A DNA stretch of 64,000 nucleotides from Acidobacteriota bacterium (GCA_027459505.1 DAIDIE010000001.1:26318-90317), one strand, 5' to 3'; counted from the stretch's first letter, positions 18,793 to 28,149 are shown. The notes: a model not told the origin generated them from the letters alone. Program-made: numbers and translations.

Positions 18793-19557
18793 TCAGCGCA
18801 CGCTCATCAGCGACAGACCGCCATCGGCGATGATGGTCTGTCCGTAAATCCAGTGGGCCGCGTCGGAACACAGAAACGCGACTACGTCGCAGACGTCGTC
18901 CGGCGTCCCGATCCGCCCGGCGGGAGAGTACTCCTCGCACGCCTTTTTCATCTGCTCAAACGTGGAAAACAGCTTCAGCGCGTCGGTCTCTATCGGACCC
19001 GCCGAAAGCGTGTTCACGTTGATGCCCAGCCTCCCCAACTCCACGCCCAGATAGCGGGTCAATGCCTCGGTCGCCGCCTTGGTCACGCCAATCGCGGCGT
19101 AGCCCGGTATATAGTGCTGCGAACCCAGACTCGACAGGCTCACGATCTTGCCCTTGCGGTCCTTCATCAGCGGCACGCAACGCTGCGCGCTGTACAGCAG
19201 CGCGTTGGTGTTGCCGTTCAACGTGTGTTCCCAACCGTCTTTCCTGGTGCGTAGCAGTGGACCAAACGCGGCCACATCAATGGCGTTGTTAATGAAAATG
19301 TCGAGGTGGCCAAATTGCGCCTTCACAAAGTCAAAAAGCTTCGTGATCCCCTCGCTGCTGATGGCGTCGGCTTCGACAATCTCCGCGCGCCGCCCTTTGC
19401 CGCGAATCTCCTCCGCCAGCGCCTTGGCCCGGTCTTCGCTGGTCACGTAATTGATGACCACGTCCGCGCCGTGATCCGCCAGGCGCAGCGCGATCGCCCG
19501 CCCGATTCCCCGGGCCGCGCCGGTCACCAGCGCTACCCTGCCTTGCAAGTCAATCAC
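18793..19557 (-). CDS. FabL-type enoyl-ACP reductase (SDR)
   Basis: GTG 19557 with GAGGAG upstream. VTGAARGIGRAIA, SLSSLGSQHYIPGYAAIGVTKAATEALTRYLGVEL, GPIETDALKLF and GQTIIADGG closely parallel B. subtilis FabL (compared from memory). Confidence 0.8.
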   Translation of the reverse strand: MIDLQGRVALVTGAARGIGRAIALRLADHGADVVINYVTSEDRAKALAEEIRGKGRRAEIVEADAISSEGITKLFDFVKAQFGHLDIFINNAIDVAAFGPLLRTRKDGWEHTLNGNTNALLYSAQRCVPLMKDRKGKIVSLSSLGSQHYIPGYAAIGVTKAATEALTRYLGVELGRLGINVNTLSAGPIETDALKLFSTFEQMKKACEEYSPAGRIGTPDDVCDVVAFLCSDAAHWIYGQTIIADGGLSLMSVR

Positions 19558-19788
19558 ACACGTCTCCTCTGTCCGCCAGACGACCGGCGAACCCAGATGG
19601 CGTTTCCACTGGCCGATGGAGCAGGGCCGGCGCACCCGGAAGGGAGGCCCGGCCGCTTTTCATCCCGCACTAGCCCTTCGGTACAGGCACACGGGCAACC
19701 CAACAAGCTCCCTGTTGGTAAACTCCCGCCACTGCCCTACCGCGGCCCGCACCCTTGCAAACCGAACCGCTGTTCCCAGCGGTCCGCT

Positions 19789-21099
19789 TTACACCACCGC
19801 CTTGACCCGCAACTGCTGCGCCAGGCGATGAAGCGTCTGCTCCAGTCTCTGGAACTGCAGGCTCAGGTCATGCTGCGGCTGGCCGGCGCTTACCTGCGGG
19901 CTCTTGAAGAAAAAGCCCAGCCACTCCTGCACGCCGCTTTCTCCCGCGCGTTGGGCCGCATAGCTCAACAGCGCCAGATCCAGCAGCAGGGGGGCGGCCA
20001 AAATACTGTCTCGGCACAAGAAGTTTACCTTGATCTGCATCTGGTAGCCCAGCCACCCGATCAGGTCAATCGTGTCCCAGCTCTCCTTGTTGTCGCCCCG
20101 CGGGGGATAATAGTTGATTTTCACCTGGTGCGACACGTTGCCGTACAGCTCCGGATAGGTCCCCGCGTCCAGAATCTGGTTCAGTACCGACAGCTTCGAC
20201 TCTTCCTTACTGCGGAAAGCCGCCGGATCGTCCAGCACCGCCCCATCCTGATTGCCCAGAATATTCATCGAAAACCAGCCCGACAGACCCAGCATCCGCT
20301 GCTTGATCCCCGGCGCCAGAATCGTCTTCAACAGCGTCTGCCCGGTCTTCAGATCCTTGCCGCTGATCACGCAGCCCTTCGCCTTGGCCAGATCGATCAT
20401 CACCGGCAGATCAACCGTCAGCGTGGGCGTCGCGTTCACAAACGAACAGCCCTCCTGCAGCGCCGCGTAGGCGTAAACCATGCTGGGCGCAATGCTGGGA
20501 TCGTTCTCGCGCAGCGCCGTCTCGAATATCTTCAGGCCTTGATGCGCCGGTCCGGGGGTAAGAAAAACCTCCGTGGAACCGCACCACATCACAACCACAT
20601 CCTGCAGTCCGTTGCGGCGGCGAAACTCGCGAATGTCGGCACGCAGCGCCTCCGCCTGCTCCATCTTATTGGTCTCCGGCTTCAGCTTGCGGCCTTCCGT
20701 GCGGCGCAGGAAGCGGGGATCGTGAATGCCGGGCATCGGCTGAATCTTCTCCAGCGCCGGCCGCAACTGCTCCAGCAGTCCACGGTCCAGAACCGCCGCG
20801 CGCACCGCCGATTCATAGCAGTTGCCCCCCGAAATGTCCCATCCCCCAAATACCAGTTGATCCAGTTGCGGCAACCGCAGGTAGGTCGCGAGCGGCACCT
20901 TTTGTCCCGGATCTTCCGCGTCGTCGATCTGCATCAACTGCGTGATCGCCCCAAAGGGACGCGCCAGCCCGCTCTTAACCGCTTCCACTCCCGCGATCAG
21001 CGTGGTCGCAATTGAGCCCATTCCGGCCAATAAAATTCCCACCCGGGCGTTCTCAGACTCCGCCTGGGACTTGTCCTGCCAACGTAGAGGTTCTGTCAT
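19789..21099 (-). CDS. ino1: myo-inositol-1-phosphate synthase (inositol-3-phosphate synthase)
   Basis: ARVGILLAGMGSIATTLIAG (NAD site), ...VVVMWCGSTE..., ...SGKDLKTGQTLLKT..., ...NILGNQDG..., ...KESWDTIDL... are typical of the bacterial/archaeal MIPS family. ATG 21099 with a GGAGAG RBS. Confidence 0.9.
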   Translation of the reverse strand: MTEPLRWQDKSQAESENARVGILLAGMGSIATTLIAGVEAVKSGLARPFGAITQLMQIDDAEDPGQKVPLATYLRLPQLDQLVFGGWDISGGNCYESAVRAAVLDRGLLEQLRPALEKIQPMPGIHDPRFLRRTEGRKLKPETNKMEQAEALRADIREFRRRNGLQDVVVMWCGSTEVFLTPGPAHQGLKIFETALRENDPSIAPSMVYAYAALQEGCSFVNATPTLTVDLPVMIDLAKAKGCVISGKDLKTGQTLLKTILAPGIKQRMLGLSGWFSMNILGNQDGAVLDDPAAFRSKEESKLSVLNQILDAGTYPELYGNVSHQVKINYYPPRGDNKESWDTIDLIGWLGYQMQIKVNFLCRDSILAAPLLLDLALLSYAAQRAGESGVQEWLGFFFKSPQVSAGQPQHDLSLQFQRLEQTLHRLAQQLRVKAVV

Positions 21100-21269
21100 G
21101 GATCTCTCCCAACAGCAGCATTGTGGGGAGCCGCCTATTAACCGGGGGTTAAATGAGGATTAAAGACTTTAAACGATTCCTGTGCGAAGCAACACTTGCA
21201 TGCCCCCATCAACCGGCCTCCGCCGCTCCGCCTACTCTGCCCCTCACCAGCCACCGGCATGTCCAACGG

Positions 21270-21390
21270 ATTTGGAACTCAAAATCGCACGCCAAGCGAC
21301 TCTCAAATCCAGCGTTGCATCCCACCCCGCGCCGCGCGGCACCGCAACCGGCGCCGAAACGAGTGGAATAAAAGCGAAGTTTGCCGCAGG
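21270..21390. repeat. Dispersed intergenic repeat, family E2 (degenerate copy)
   Basis: Shares ...TCGAAATCGCA-like, CCAC(G)CCGCGCCGCGCGGC and G(G)TGGAATAAAAGCG blocks with 60985-61170 and partly with 25255-25292. Confidence 0.6.
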
Positions 21391-21392
21391 TG

Positions 21393-21446
21393 GAGCTCGC
21401 GCGGAATTGGGCCGGCTCGCGCGGAATTGGGCCGGCTCGCGTGGAA
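21393..21446. repeat. Tandem 20-bp repeat (about 2.6 copies)
   Basis: GCGGAATTGGGCCGGCTCGC occurs at 21401-21420 and again perfectly at 21421-21440. It is flanked by partial units (GAGCTCGC before, GTGGAA after). Confidence 0.85.
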
Positions 21447-21550
21447 AGAGCACCCGGCATGGGCGGCTTCTGGGTCTCACCGGAGAACGCGAGCCGCTAT
21501 TCCGGCAACGCCGGCGAAGGCCTCAAGAGACGAGACCGTGCCCCCTCCGG
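21436..21550. repeat. Dispersed intergenic repeat, family E1
   Basis: CTCGCGTGGAAAGAGCACCCGGCATGGGCGGCTTC...TCTCACCGGAGAACG...CTCAAGAGACGAGACCGTGCC parallels 61930-62050 block by block. Confidence 0.65.
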
Positions 21551-21659
21551 CATTGGGCCAGGGCACAGCGACTGCTGCTGCCGCCGAAAGACACGGGCTA
21601 CTCGCGTGAGCCGGCTCTCGCCTGGCGCTAAACCACATCTTTAACAACAACCGTGTGAA

Positions 21660-22145
21660 CTACCTACCACCTTGCTGCGGCTCCAGTGCATTCAGCGCCG
21701 CCTGATAGGCATCCCGATGCGTCATCTCGTCCCTGCGAATCTCTGCAAAACGGCTCGCCGCCGCCTGATCCCCTAACGCCGCCGCTTGCTTGGCAAAGCG
21801 GGGATACATGGTGTTAACTTCATACGTCTCGCCTTTGATCGCGTCCCGCAGGTTGTCCGCGTCGCTTCCCACCAGTCCGGAAAGCTGTGCCTCCTCGGCG
21901 AAATGCTGAAAGCGCTCCGTGTGTGCCGTCTGCGCGAATAGCCTCGCCAGACGCGGGTCACCTGACTGGCGGGCATGTTGCGCGTACAACATGTACTTGG
22001 CGAAGGCAAACGCTTCGCCATGCATCGCCGTGGACAAATTATCAATCGTCTGCTGATGGAGTGCGGCTCGCCGCGCCGTTGTGCTTCCAATCGTGAATGC
22101 CACAGCCGCCACCACCACCAGCGCCATACTCCATAACACCTTCAT
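21660..22145 (-). CDS. Rubrerythrin/ferritin-like di-iron protein with signal peptide
   Basis: MKVLWSMALVVVAAVAFTIG, then paired E...ExxH motifs (GEAFAFAKY, TERFQH, GETYE, RRDEMTH). No rubredoxin domain. Confidence 0.75.
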   Translation of the reverse strand: MKVLWSMALVVVAAVAFTIGSTTARRAALHQQTIDNLSTAMHGEAFAFAKYMLYAQHARQSGDPRLARLFAQTAHTERFQHFAEEAQLSGLVGSDADNLRDAIKGETYEVNTMYPRFAKQAAALGDQAAASRFAEIRRDEMTHRDAYQAALNALEPQQGGR

Positions 22146-22450
22146 GAGGTTACCTCCGCGAATCGCTCCTTTGGGCGCAGCCTTGCATTGCGTCCTTTGT
22201 TATCAGTTAGCCGCAAAAGCCAAGGAGTTCGCCGTGACAAGCGTCAACCCCGCGCGAGGGGAAAAAGGTACACTTTGACGCTCTTTCCACGCCCGCCAGC
22301 TTTCCTTGACGCTCCCTTGAGCCTTGTGCTATTCAAAATGCGTGCGCTCCAGGCGCCCGCAGGTTCGCGCGAAGGGCCAAGCCCACTGCCTATTCCCGAT
22401 CCGTTGCACGTCTGATCTCGTGCTGCCTGATTGCGAACCCAGGCCCCAGC

Positions 22451-24028
22451 ATGGAGATCTTTATGACGCTGCAATTGCCCCAGCGCCCCAACCTGGAGCA
22501 GCTCAAAAAACAAGCCAAGTCCTTACTGCAAGCCGCTCGCGCCGGCGACCCATCCGCTCTGCGGCGCTTCCACGCCATCTTCGATGCCTCGCCTGGCCCG
22601 CAACACAGCCTCGCTCTGCATCAGGCGCAGTTCGTCATTGCCCGCGAATACGGCTTTAGTTCCTGGAACCGGCTGCGCGAGGAAATCGAGGAACGTTGCC
22701 TTCCCTTCACCGCCGCGGTCGACGAGTTCCTCCGCTGCGCCACCGGAAATGCCAAAGATCGCGCTCTTCGCCTGCTGCACCGCCATCCCGGTATTGCGCA
22801 CGCCAGCCTCTTCACCGAACTGGTGCTCGGCGACACAGCGGCGGTCGAGCGCTGTCTGCAAGCGCATCCCCAAGCGGCGCTCCAGCCTGGCGGCGTGCAA
22901 AATTGGGAGCCGCTGCTCTACGTCTGTCACTCCTGCCTGCATCGTGATGACCCGCGCCGCGCCGAGGACCTGGTGCGGATTGCGCGCACCCTGCTCCGTC
23001 ACGGCGCCGATCCCAACCCCCAGTACCACTGGAACTGGCACCCCGAGCTCCCTCGCACCGCACTCTGGGGCGCGCTCATCGATATGGAGCACCTCGCACT
23101 GGCCGAGGCCTTACTGGAAGCGGGCGCCCAACCCAACGACGGCGTCTCCCTGCATATCGCCGCCGGTTCGGGAAACCTTGCCGCCCTGGAACTGCTGCAC
23201 CGCTTCCATGTCAATGTCGACGGTATTCCCGGCGGCGTGCCGCCGCTGCGCTATGTGCTCGGATGGGCCGGCCGCACGCAAGGCATTCGCTGGCTGCTGG
23301 AACACGGCGCCGATGCCAACCTGGTTTGGGCCGCGCCCGGCGATGCCCCTTTGCATATCGCCGCGGAACGCTGGGATCTTGCCATGGTCGAGCTGCTCGT
23401 CTCTCATGGCGCCGATGTTCACCGCCGCCGCCCCGATGGGCGCACACCGCATTCCGTCGCCGCGCTGCACGGCAACATGGAAATCGCCGCCTGGCTGCTG
23501 CAACATGGCGCTCAAGACGAGCTCTCGCCGCTGGAACATTTCGTCTCCGCCTGCACTTCCGGCAATGGCAAACACGCCGCGGAAATGCTGGCTGCGGATC
23601 CCACCCTGCGCCATCAACTCCAGCCTGAACATCATCTCCTCATGCAGGTCCCCGCCCAGCGCGGTGATGTGCCGGTGCTGCGAGCCATGCTCTCCTGCGG
23701 CTTTGACCCCAACGTTCCGGATGCCGATGGCGTCAGGGCGCTGCACCGCGCCGCCATGGCCGGCCGCGTGGAAGCCACTCAGGTACTTCTCGCCCACGGC
23801 GCCAATGTCAACGCGCTTGACTCTATGTTTGCCGCTTCCCCGCTGCTCTGGGCATGCGAGGGCTGGAGCCATGATCCTCATGCCCCCGGAACAGACCACC
23901 TGGCCGTCGCCCGCCTCCTGCTGGCAGCGGGATCGCCGCGAGACTGGACGCCTCCCCAGAAGGCCCCCGACCCGGAGGGCACCCAGGAGCGGCTGCAGGA
24001 ATTTTGTCTGGCAGCCGAGGCCGGATAG
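22451..24028 (+). CDS. Ankyrin-repeat protein
   Basis: Repeated ...PLHIAA..G....V.LLL.HGAD.N... units (e.g. APLHIAAERWDLAMVELLVSHGADVH, RALHRAAMAGRVEATQVLLAHGANVN). Start is ATG 22451 or the Met 4 codons later. Confidence 0.85.
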   Translation: MEIFMTLQLPQRPNLEQLKKQAKSLLQAARAGDPSALRRFHAIFDASPGPQHSLALHQAQFVIAREYGFSSWNRLREEIEERCLPFTAAVDEFLRCATGNAKDRALRLLHRHPGIAHASLFTELVLGDTAAVERCLQAHPQAALQPGGVQNWEPLLYVCHSCLHRDDPRRAEDLVRIARTLLRHGADPNPQYHWNWHPELPRTALWGALIDMEHLALAEALLEAGAQPNDGVSLHIAAGSGNLAALELLHRFHVNVDGIPGGVPPLRYVLGWAGRTQGIRWLLEHGADANLVWAAPGDAPLHIAAERWDLAMVELLVSHGADVHRRRPDGRTPHSVAALHGNMEIAAWLLQHGAQDELSPLEHFVSACTSGNGKHAAEMLAADPTLRHQLQPEHHLLMQVPAQRGDVPVLRAMLSCGFDPNVPDADGVRALHRAAMAGRVEATQVLLAHGANVNALDSMFAASPLLWACEGWSHDPHAPGTDHLAVARLLLAAGSPRDWTPPQKAPDPEGTQERLQEFCLAAEAG

Positions 24029-24112
24029 TCCCTGGCCATCCCCCTGGATCGAGCAAACCCGCGCCTTCGCCTGCCGCTGTTTATACTGGAACACGGGACA
24101 AAGGGCGCGCAC

Positions 24113-25168
24113 ATGAGTGATTCCGAAGCGGTTTGGGAGCGCTACTCGCGGCAGATTCTATTTACGCCTTTTGGCCGCCGCGGCCAGCAGCGCCTGCGCG
24201 CCGCTCATGTCGCCATCGTCGGCTGTGGCGCTTTGGGCAGCGCCCAAGCCCTGCTGCTCACCCGCGCCGGCGTTGGCCGCCTCACCCTTATCGACCGCGA
24301 CTTTGTCGAACCCAGCAATCTGCAGCGCCAGAACCTGTTTGACGAGCAGGACGCCGCCGAAGGCCGCCCCAAAGCCACCGCCGCCGCCACTCACCTGACC
24401 TGCATGAATCGCGAGGTGGCTCTCAACCCGGTCATTGCGGATTTGACCCCGGCCAATATCCATCAGCTCCTCGCACCCGCTGACATCGTCCTGGACGGCT
24501 GCGACAACTTCGAGACTCGCTACCTGATCAACGACTGGTCCATCGAGCAGGCGCGCCCCTGGATTTACGGCGCCGTGGTGGGAGCCTATGGCGTGACCTT
24601 GAACGTGCTGCCCGGTGGCCCCTGCCTGGAGTGCGTGCTGGGCGCAATGCCCACCGCTCCCCAGGCCACCTGCGATACCGCCGGGGTGTTGAACTGGGTC
24701 GTTAACCTCGTCGCCTCACTGCAGGTTGGCGAGGCTGTCAAGTACATCGCCGCCAACGCCACCGGCGCTCCCCCGGAAGAGAGCGGCCTCAGTACCCTCC
24801 GCAATACCATTTGGGCGGCTGACGTTTGGGTGAACCACTTTCAGCAGGTGCCCTTACCCGATCGCGATCCGCAATGCCGCGCCTGCGCGCAACGCGACTT
24901 CGTCCATCTCCGCGCCGAACTCCGCCCCCACATAACCCTCTGCGGCCGCGACTCGGTGCAAATACACGAGCAGCACCGCCAACTCGACCTTTCCCGTCTC
25001 CACCAACTCCTCGCCTCCCAGGGCCGCGTCCGCTCCACGGCCATGATGCTGAAGTTCTGGACCGGACCCTACGAGCTCACCGTCTTCAGCGATGGTCGCG
25101 CCATCGTCAAAGGCACCACCGAGCCCTCGGTCGCCCGCTCGCTGTACGCCCGCTACATCAGCGCCTAG
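24113..25168 (+). CDS. ThiF/MoeB/HesA family adenylyltransferase (E1-like)
   Basis: YSRQILF, VAIVGCGALGSAQALLLTRAGVGRLTLIDRDFVEPSNLQRQ, CDNFETRYLIND, CxxC pairs (CLEC, CRAC), and a C-terminal ...FSDGRAIVKGT...ARSLYARYI domain like the long ThiF/MoeB forms. Confidence 0.85.
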   Translation: MSDSEAVWERYSRQILFTPFGRRGQQRLRAAHVAIVGCGALGSAQALLLTRAGVGRLTLIDRDFVEPSNLQRQNLFDEQDAAEGRPKATAAATHLTCMNREVALNPVIADLTPANIHQLLAPADIVLDGCDNFETRYLINDWSIEQARPWIYGAVVGAYGVTLNVLPGGPCLECVLGAMPTAPQATCDTAGVLNWVVNLVASLQVGEAVKYIAANATGAPPEESGLSTLRNTIWAADVWVNHFQQVPLPDRDPQCRACAQRDFVHLRAELRPHITLCGRDSVQIHEQHRQLDLSRLHQLLASQGRVRSTAMMLKFWTGPYELTVFSDGRAIVKGTTEPSVARSLYARYISA

Positions 25169-25254
25169 GCCGCACCCCGCGCGCAAGCTGCGCGCCTCAA
25201 TCCCCCATCAACGCGCGAGGGCAATCCGAACGAAATTCCGCCTGGGGTGACGCC

Positions 25255-25292
25255 CTACACCAAAGCCGGTGGAATGAAAGCGGCCGTGCCGC
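25255..25292. repeat. Short copy of repeat family E2
   Basis: ACACCAAAGCCGGTGGAATGAAAGCGGCCGTGCCGC compares with ACACCGAAGCGGGTGGAATAAAAGCGGCCGTGCCGC at 61134-61169. Confidence 0.6.
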
Positions 25293-25330
25293 AATTACAC
25301 CAGCCTTCTCCCTTGTGGCACCATTACCCT

Positions 25331-26881
25331 ATGTCTCTCGAACGCCGAGTCGAGGAGTTGCGCCGGCGCCAGGCGGCGGCGCTGGCCGGAGGTGGACCCG
25401 AGCGGCGCCAACGCCAGCACGACCAAAACAAACTCACCGCCCGGGAACGCGTCGAGCTGCTGCTCGACGAGGGCAGCTTCGAGGAGTTTGATCAGCTCGT
25501 CACCCACCGCTGTGACGAGTTCGGCATGGACCAGCAGCGCATCCCCGGAGACGGCTTTGTCACCGGCTCGGGACGCATCGACGGCCGCCCCGTCTTCGTC
25601 TTCGCACAGGATTTCACCGTCTTCGGCGGCTCGCTCTCCGAAACCAATGCCGAGAAGATCTGCAAAGTCATGGACCTGGCCATGAGCGTTGGCGCCCCCG
25701 TGATTGGCCTCAACGACAGCGGCGGTGCCCGCATCCAGGAGGGCGTGGCCTCCCTCGCTGGCTATACCAAAATCTTCCTGCGTAACACCCTCGCCAGTGG
25801 CGTCGTTCCCCAGATCTCCGCCATCCTCGGCCCCTGCGCCGGCGGTGCGGTCTATTCTCCCGCCATCACCGATTTCATCTTCATGGTCGACCGTTCCTCC
25901 TACATGTTTGTCACCGGACCTGATGTCATCAGGACCGTCACCCACGAGGAGGTCTCCAAAGAGGACCTGGGCGGCGCCACCACCCACAACCAGGCCAGCG
26001 GCGTCGCCCATTTCCTTGCTCCCGATGACGCTGGCTGCCTGCGCATGGTCCGCGAGCTGTTAAGCTACCTGCCCTCCAACAACCTCGACGACCCGCCGCG
26101 GCGCCGCACCAGCGATCCCGTCGACCGCCTCGCGCCACAACTGAATTCCCTGGTGCCCCCTGAATCCAATCAGCCCTATGACATGCGCCAGGCCATTACC
26201 GCCGTCGCCGATGACGGCGTCTTTTTCGAAGTGCAGGAATTGTTCGCGCCAAATCTGGTGATTGGCTTTGCCCGCCTCAACGGCGAGTCCGTTGGCATCG
26301 TCGCCAACCAGCCCGCCTATCTCGCCGGCGTGTTGGACATCAATGCCAGCGTCAAAGGCGCGCGCTTTGTGCGCTTCTGCGATTGCTTCAACATTCCCCT
26401 TATTACCTTTGAAGACGTGCCCGGCTTCCTGCCCGGCACCCAACAGGAGTGGGGTGGCATCATCCGCCACGGCGCCAAGCTGCTCTACGCCTTTGCGGAA
26501 GCAACCGTACCCAAGATCACTGTGATCACCCGCAAGGCCTACGGCGGCGCCTACTGCGTCATGGCTTCCAAGTTCCTCCGCACCGACATCAATTACGTCT
26601 GGCCTACCGCGGAATTGGCGGTTATGGGTCCCGAGGGGGCCGTCAACATCGTCTTCCGCCGCGAGATCGAGCAGGCCGAAGACCCCGATGCCTTTCGCCG
26701 CGAGAAGCTCGATGAGTTCCGCGACCGCGTCGCCAATCCCTTCACTGCCCTCGAACGTGGATACGTCGATGCGATAATCCAGCCCGAGGAGACCCGTAAG
26801 CGCCTCATCAAGGCACTGGGACTGTTGCGCGGCAAGCGCGCCAGCAACCCGGCCAAAAAGCACGGTAACATCCCGCTCTGA
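25331..26881 (+). CDS. pccB: Acyl-CoA carboxylase carboxyltransferase subunit (propionyl-CoA carboxylase beta / methylmalonyl-CoA carboxyltransferase family)
   Basis: [14 protein letters not shown]...[20 protein letters not shown]..., [47 protein letters not shown], and [13 protein letters not shown] 25331 replaces the longer track start. Confidence 0.9.
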   Translation: MSLERRVEELRRRQAAALAGGGPERRQRQHDQNKLTARERVELLLDEGSFEEFDQLVTHRCDEFGMDQQRIPGDGFVTGSGRIDGRPVFVFAQDFTVFGGSLSETNAEKICKVMDLAMSVGAPVIGLNDSGGARIQEGVASLAGYTKIFLRNTLASGVVPQISAILGPCAGGAVYSPAITDFIFMVDRSSYMFVTGPDVIRTVTHEEVSKEDLGGATTHNQASGVAHFLAPDDAGCLRMVRELLSYLPSNNLDDPPRRRTSDPVDRLAPQLNSLVPPESNQPYDMRQAITAVADDGVFFEVQELFAPNLVIGFARLNGESVGIVANQPAYLAGVLDINASVKGARFVRFCDCFNIPLITFEDVPGFLPGTQQEWGGIIRHGAKLLYAFAEATVPKITVITRKAYGGAYCVMASKFLRTDINYVWPTAELAVMGPEGAVNIVFRREIEQAEDPDAFRREKLDEFRDRVANPFTALERGYVDAIIQPEETRKRLIKALGLLRGKRASNPAKKHGNIPL

Positions 26882-26931
26882 ACACGCGCCGGGAGATGCC
26901 GCCCCAGCGACCGCCCGCATCCCTCTTCCTT

Positions 26932-28149
26932 ATGGCCGCAAGCTGTGATTTCGACGTCGCCATCGTCGGTGCCGGCCCCGCCGGCAGCACCGCCGCAGCG
27001 GACTTGGCCAGCGCCGGCGCACGCGTCGCCGTCTTCGAGCGCGAGCGCTTTCCCCGCGATAAAGTCTGCGGCGAGTTCCTCTCCGGCGAGGTAGCGGAAT
27101 CCTTGGGGCCACTGCTCACCGGCCTCGGCGCCCGGCGTATCGCTGGTGGCAGTTGGAATCCGGCCCACGGCCGTCCCTTCCACCTTGCCCTGCCTCGCCC
27201 CGCCTGGGGCCTCTCCCGCCTCGCCCTGGATGCTGCCCTATACCAGCGCGCGCTGGCTTTGGGCGCGGTCTTTCACCTGGGCTGCGCGGTAGAAAGCGTC
27301 TCCCGGGAAGCCGGCAACTGGCGCCTTACCACTAAGGCCTCCATCTGCCCCGCCAGTGATCCTGCTGGACATGCTTCCACCCTGCCTCCCAGTGTGTCCG
27401 CCAGCGCTAGCGTCAGCAGGGCCGCTGCTCCCGGCGGCCACCACATTACAGCTCGTCACCTGCTGCTCGCCTGTGGCCGCTGGTGGCGCCTGCGCGGCCT
27501 CCCTATAGCTAACGCTGCGGTGCCCGGTCCCCATAGCCTCTCCTTAGGCGTCAAATTGCGCGTTAGCGATCTGCCTGCGCAAGAGACGGTGGACATGTTC
27601 TCGTTCCGCGGCGGTTACGTGGGAGTGGCGCCAGTGGAACACGGCTGGGTGAATGTTTGTGGCCTGGTCGCGCCCGCGGCTTACGGCAAAGGACGCAACC
27701 TGCTCGCCTGGTTGGTCAACTCGGTCCCTCACCCCGCCCTGCGCGAGCGCCTGGCCCAAGCCCGTCTTGCCACCCCTGCCGTCTTTACGGCCCCGGTTAG
27801 CATACAAGCCATGCGTCCCCTGCTGTTCGTTGACGGGCACCCGGTAGTGCTCGCCGGTGATGCTGCTGGTTTCATCGATCCCTTCACCGGATCGGGCATC
27901 AGCCGTGCCATCCTAGGCGCCCGCCTCGCAGCCCAAGCGCTGCTCAGCCAGGAAGAAGCCGCACTGCACGACTACAACGCGCGAATGATCGCGGCCACCG
28001 GCTCCGGCTTCCACTGCGCCAGCCTGCTCCGCCCCTTGCTCTCTGCCCCCGTGCCCCTACAGCGCTGCGCCGGCCATCTGCTCCGCCTCCCCGGCCTCTC
28101 CGCCAGCCTTGTTCGCCATACCCGCTGGCAAGACCACGGCGGGCGATAA
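26932..28149 (+). CDS. FAD-dependent oxidoreductase (geranylgeranyl-reductase-like family)
   Basis: FDVAIVGAGPAGSTAAADLASAGARVAVFERERFPRDKVCGEFLS dinucleotide-binding motif, and GDAAGFIDPFTGSGI near the C-terminus. Confidence 0.75.
   Translation: MAASCDFDVAIVGAGPAGSTAAADLASAGARVAVFERERFPRDKVCGEFLSGEVAESLGPLLTGLGARRIAGGSWNPAHGRPFHLALPRPAWGLSRLALDAALYQRALALGAVFHLGCAVESVSREAGNWRLTTKASICPASDPAGHASTLPPSVSASASVSRAAAPGGHHITARHLLLACGRWWRLRGLPIANAAVPGPHSLSLGVKLRVSDLPAQETVDMFSFRGGYVGVAPVEHGWVNVCGLVAPAAYGKGRNLLAWLVNSVPHPALRERLAQARLATPAVFTAPVSIQAMRPLLFVDGHPVVLAGDAAGFIDPFTGSGISRAILGARLAAQALLSQEEAALHDYNARMIAATGSGFHCASLLRPLLSAPVPLQRCAGHLLRLPGLSASLVRHTRWQDHGGR

Noticed and set aside
9266-19557. The KS/KR/DH/ER/ACP genes, considered as the organism's housekeeping type II fatty-acid synthase.
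   Set aside because: This is not adopted as the primary call. The degenerate KS partners, inserted ACP, adenylating enzyme and aminotransferase argue against it, as does the absence of fabD/fabH/plsX/accBC neighbours. It cannot be excluded without seeing the rest of the genome, and it is stated as the refutation test.
21182-21631. ORFs of 137-149 aa in the intergenic region between the MIPS gene and the rubrerythrin-like gene.
   Set aside because: They run through the tandem 20-mer and the E1/E2 repeat copies. Their translations are Arg/Pro/Ala-rich with no RBS, and the same pseudo-peptides reappear wherever the repeat occurs.
22451-25168. Ankyrin-repeat protein followed by a ThiF/E1-like adenylyltransferase, considered as a possible bacterial ubiquitin-like conjugation or defence module.
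   Set aside because: There is no E2-like, JAB/DUB, ubiquitin-fold or effector gene nearby. The E1-like protein has the ordinary long ThiF/MoeB architecture with the typical C-terminal domain. An 85-nt gap and the lack of coupling give no evidence of a functional link.
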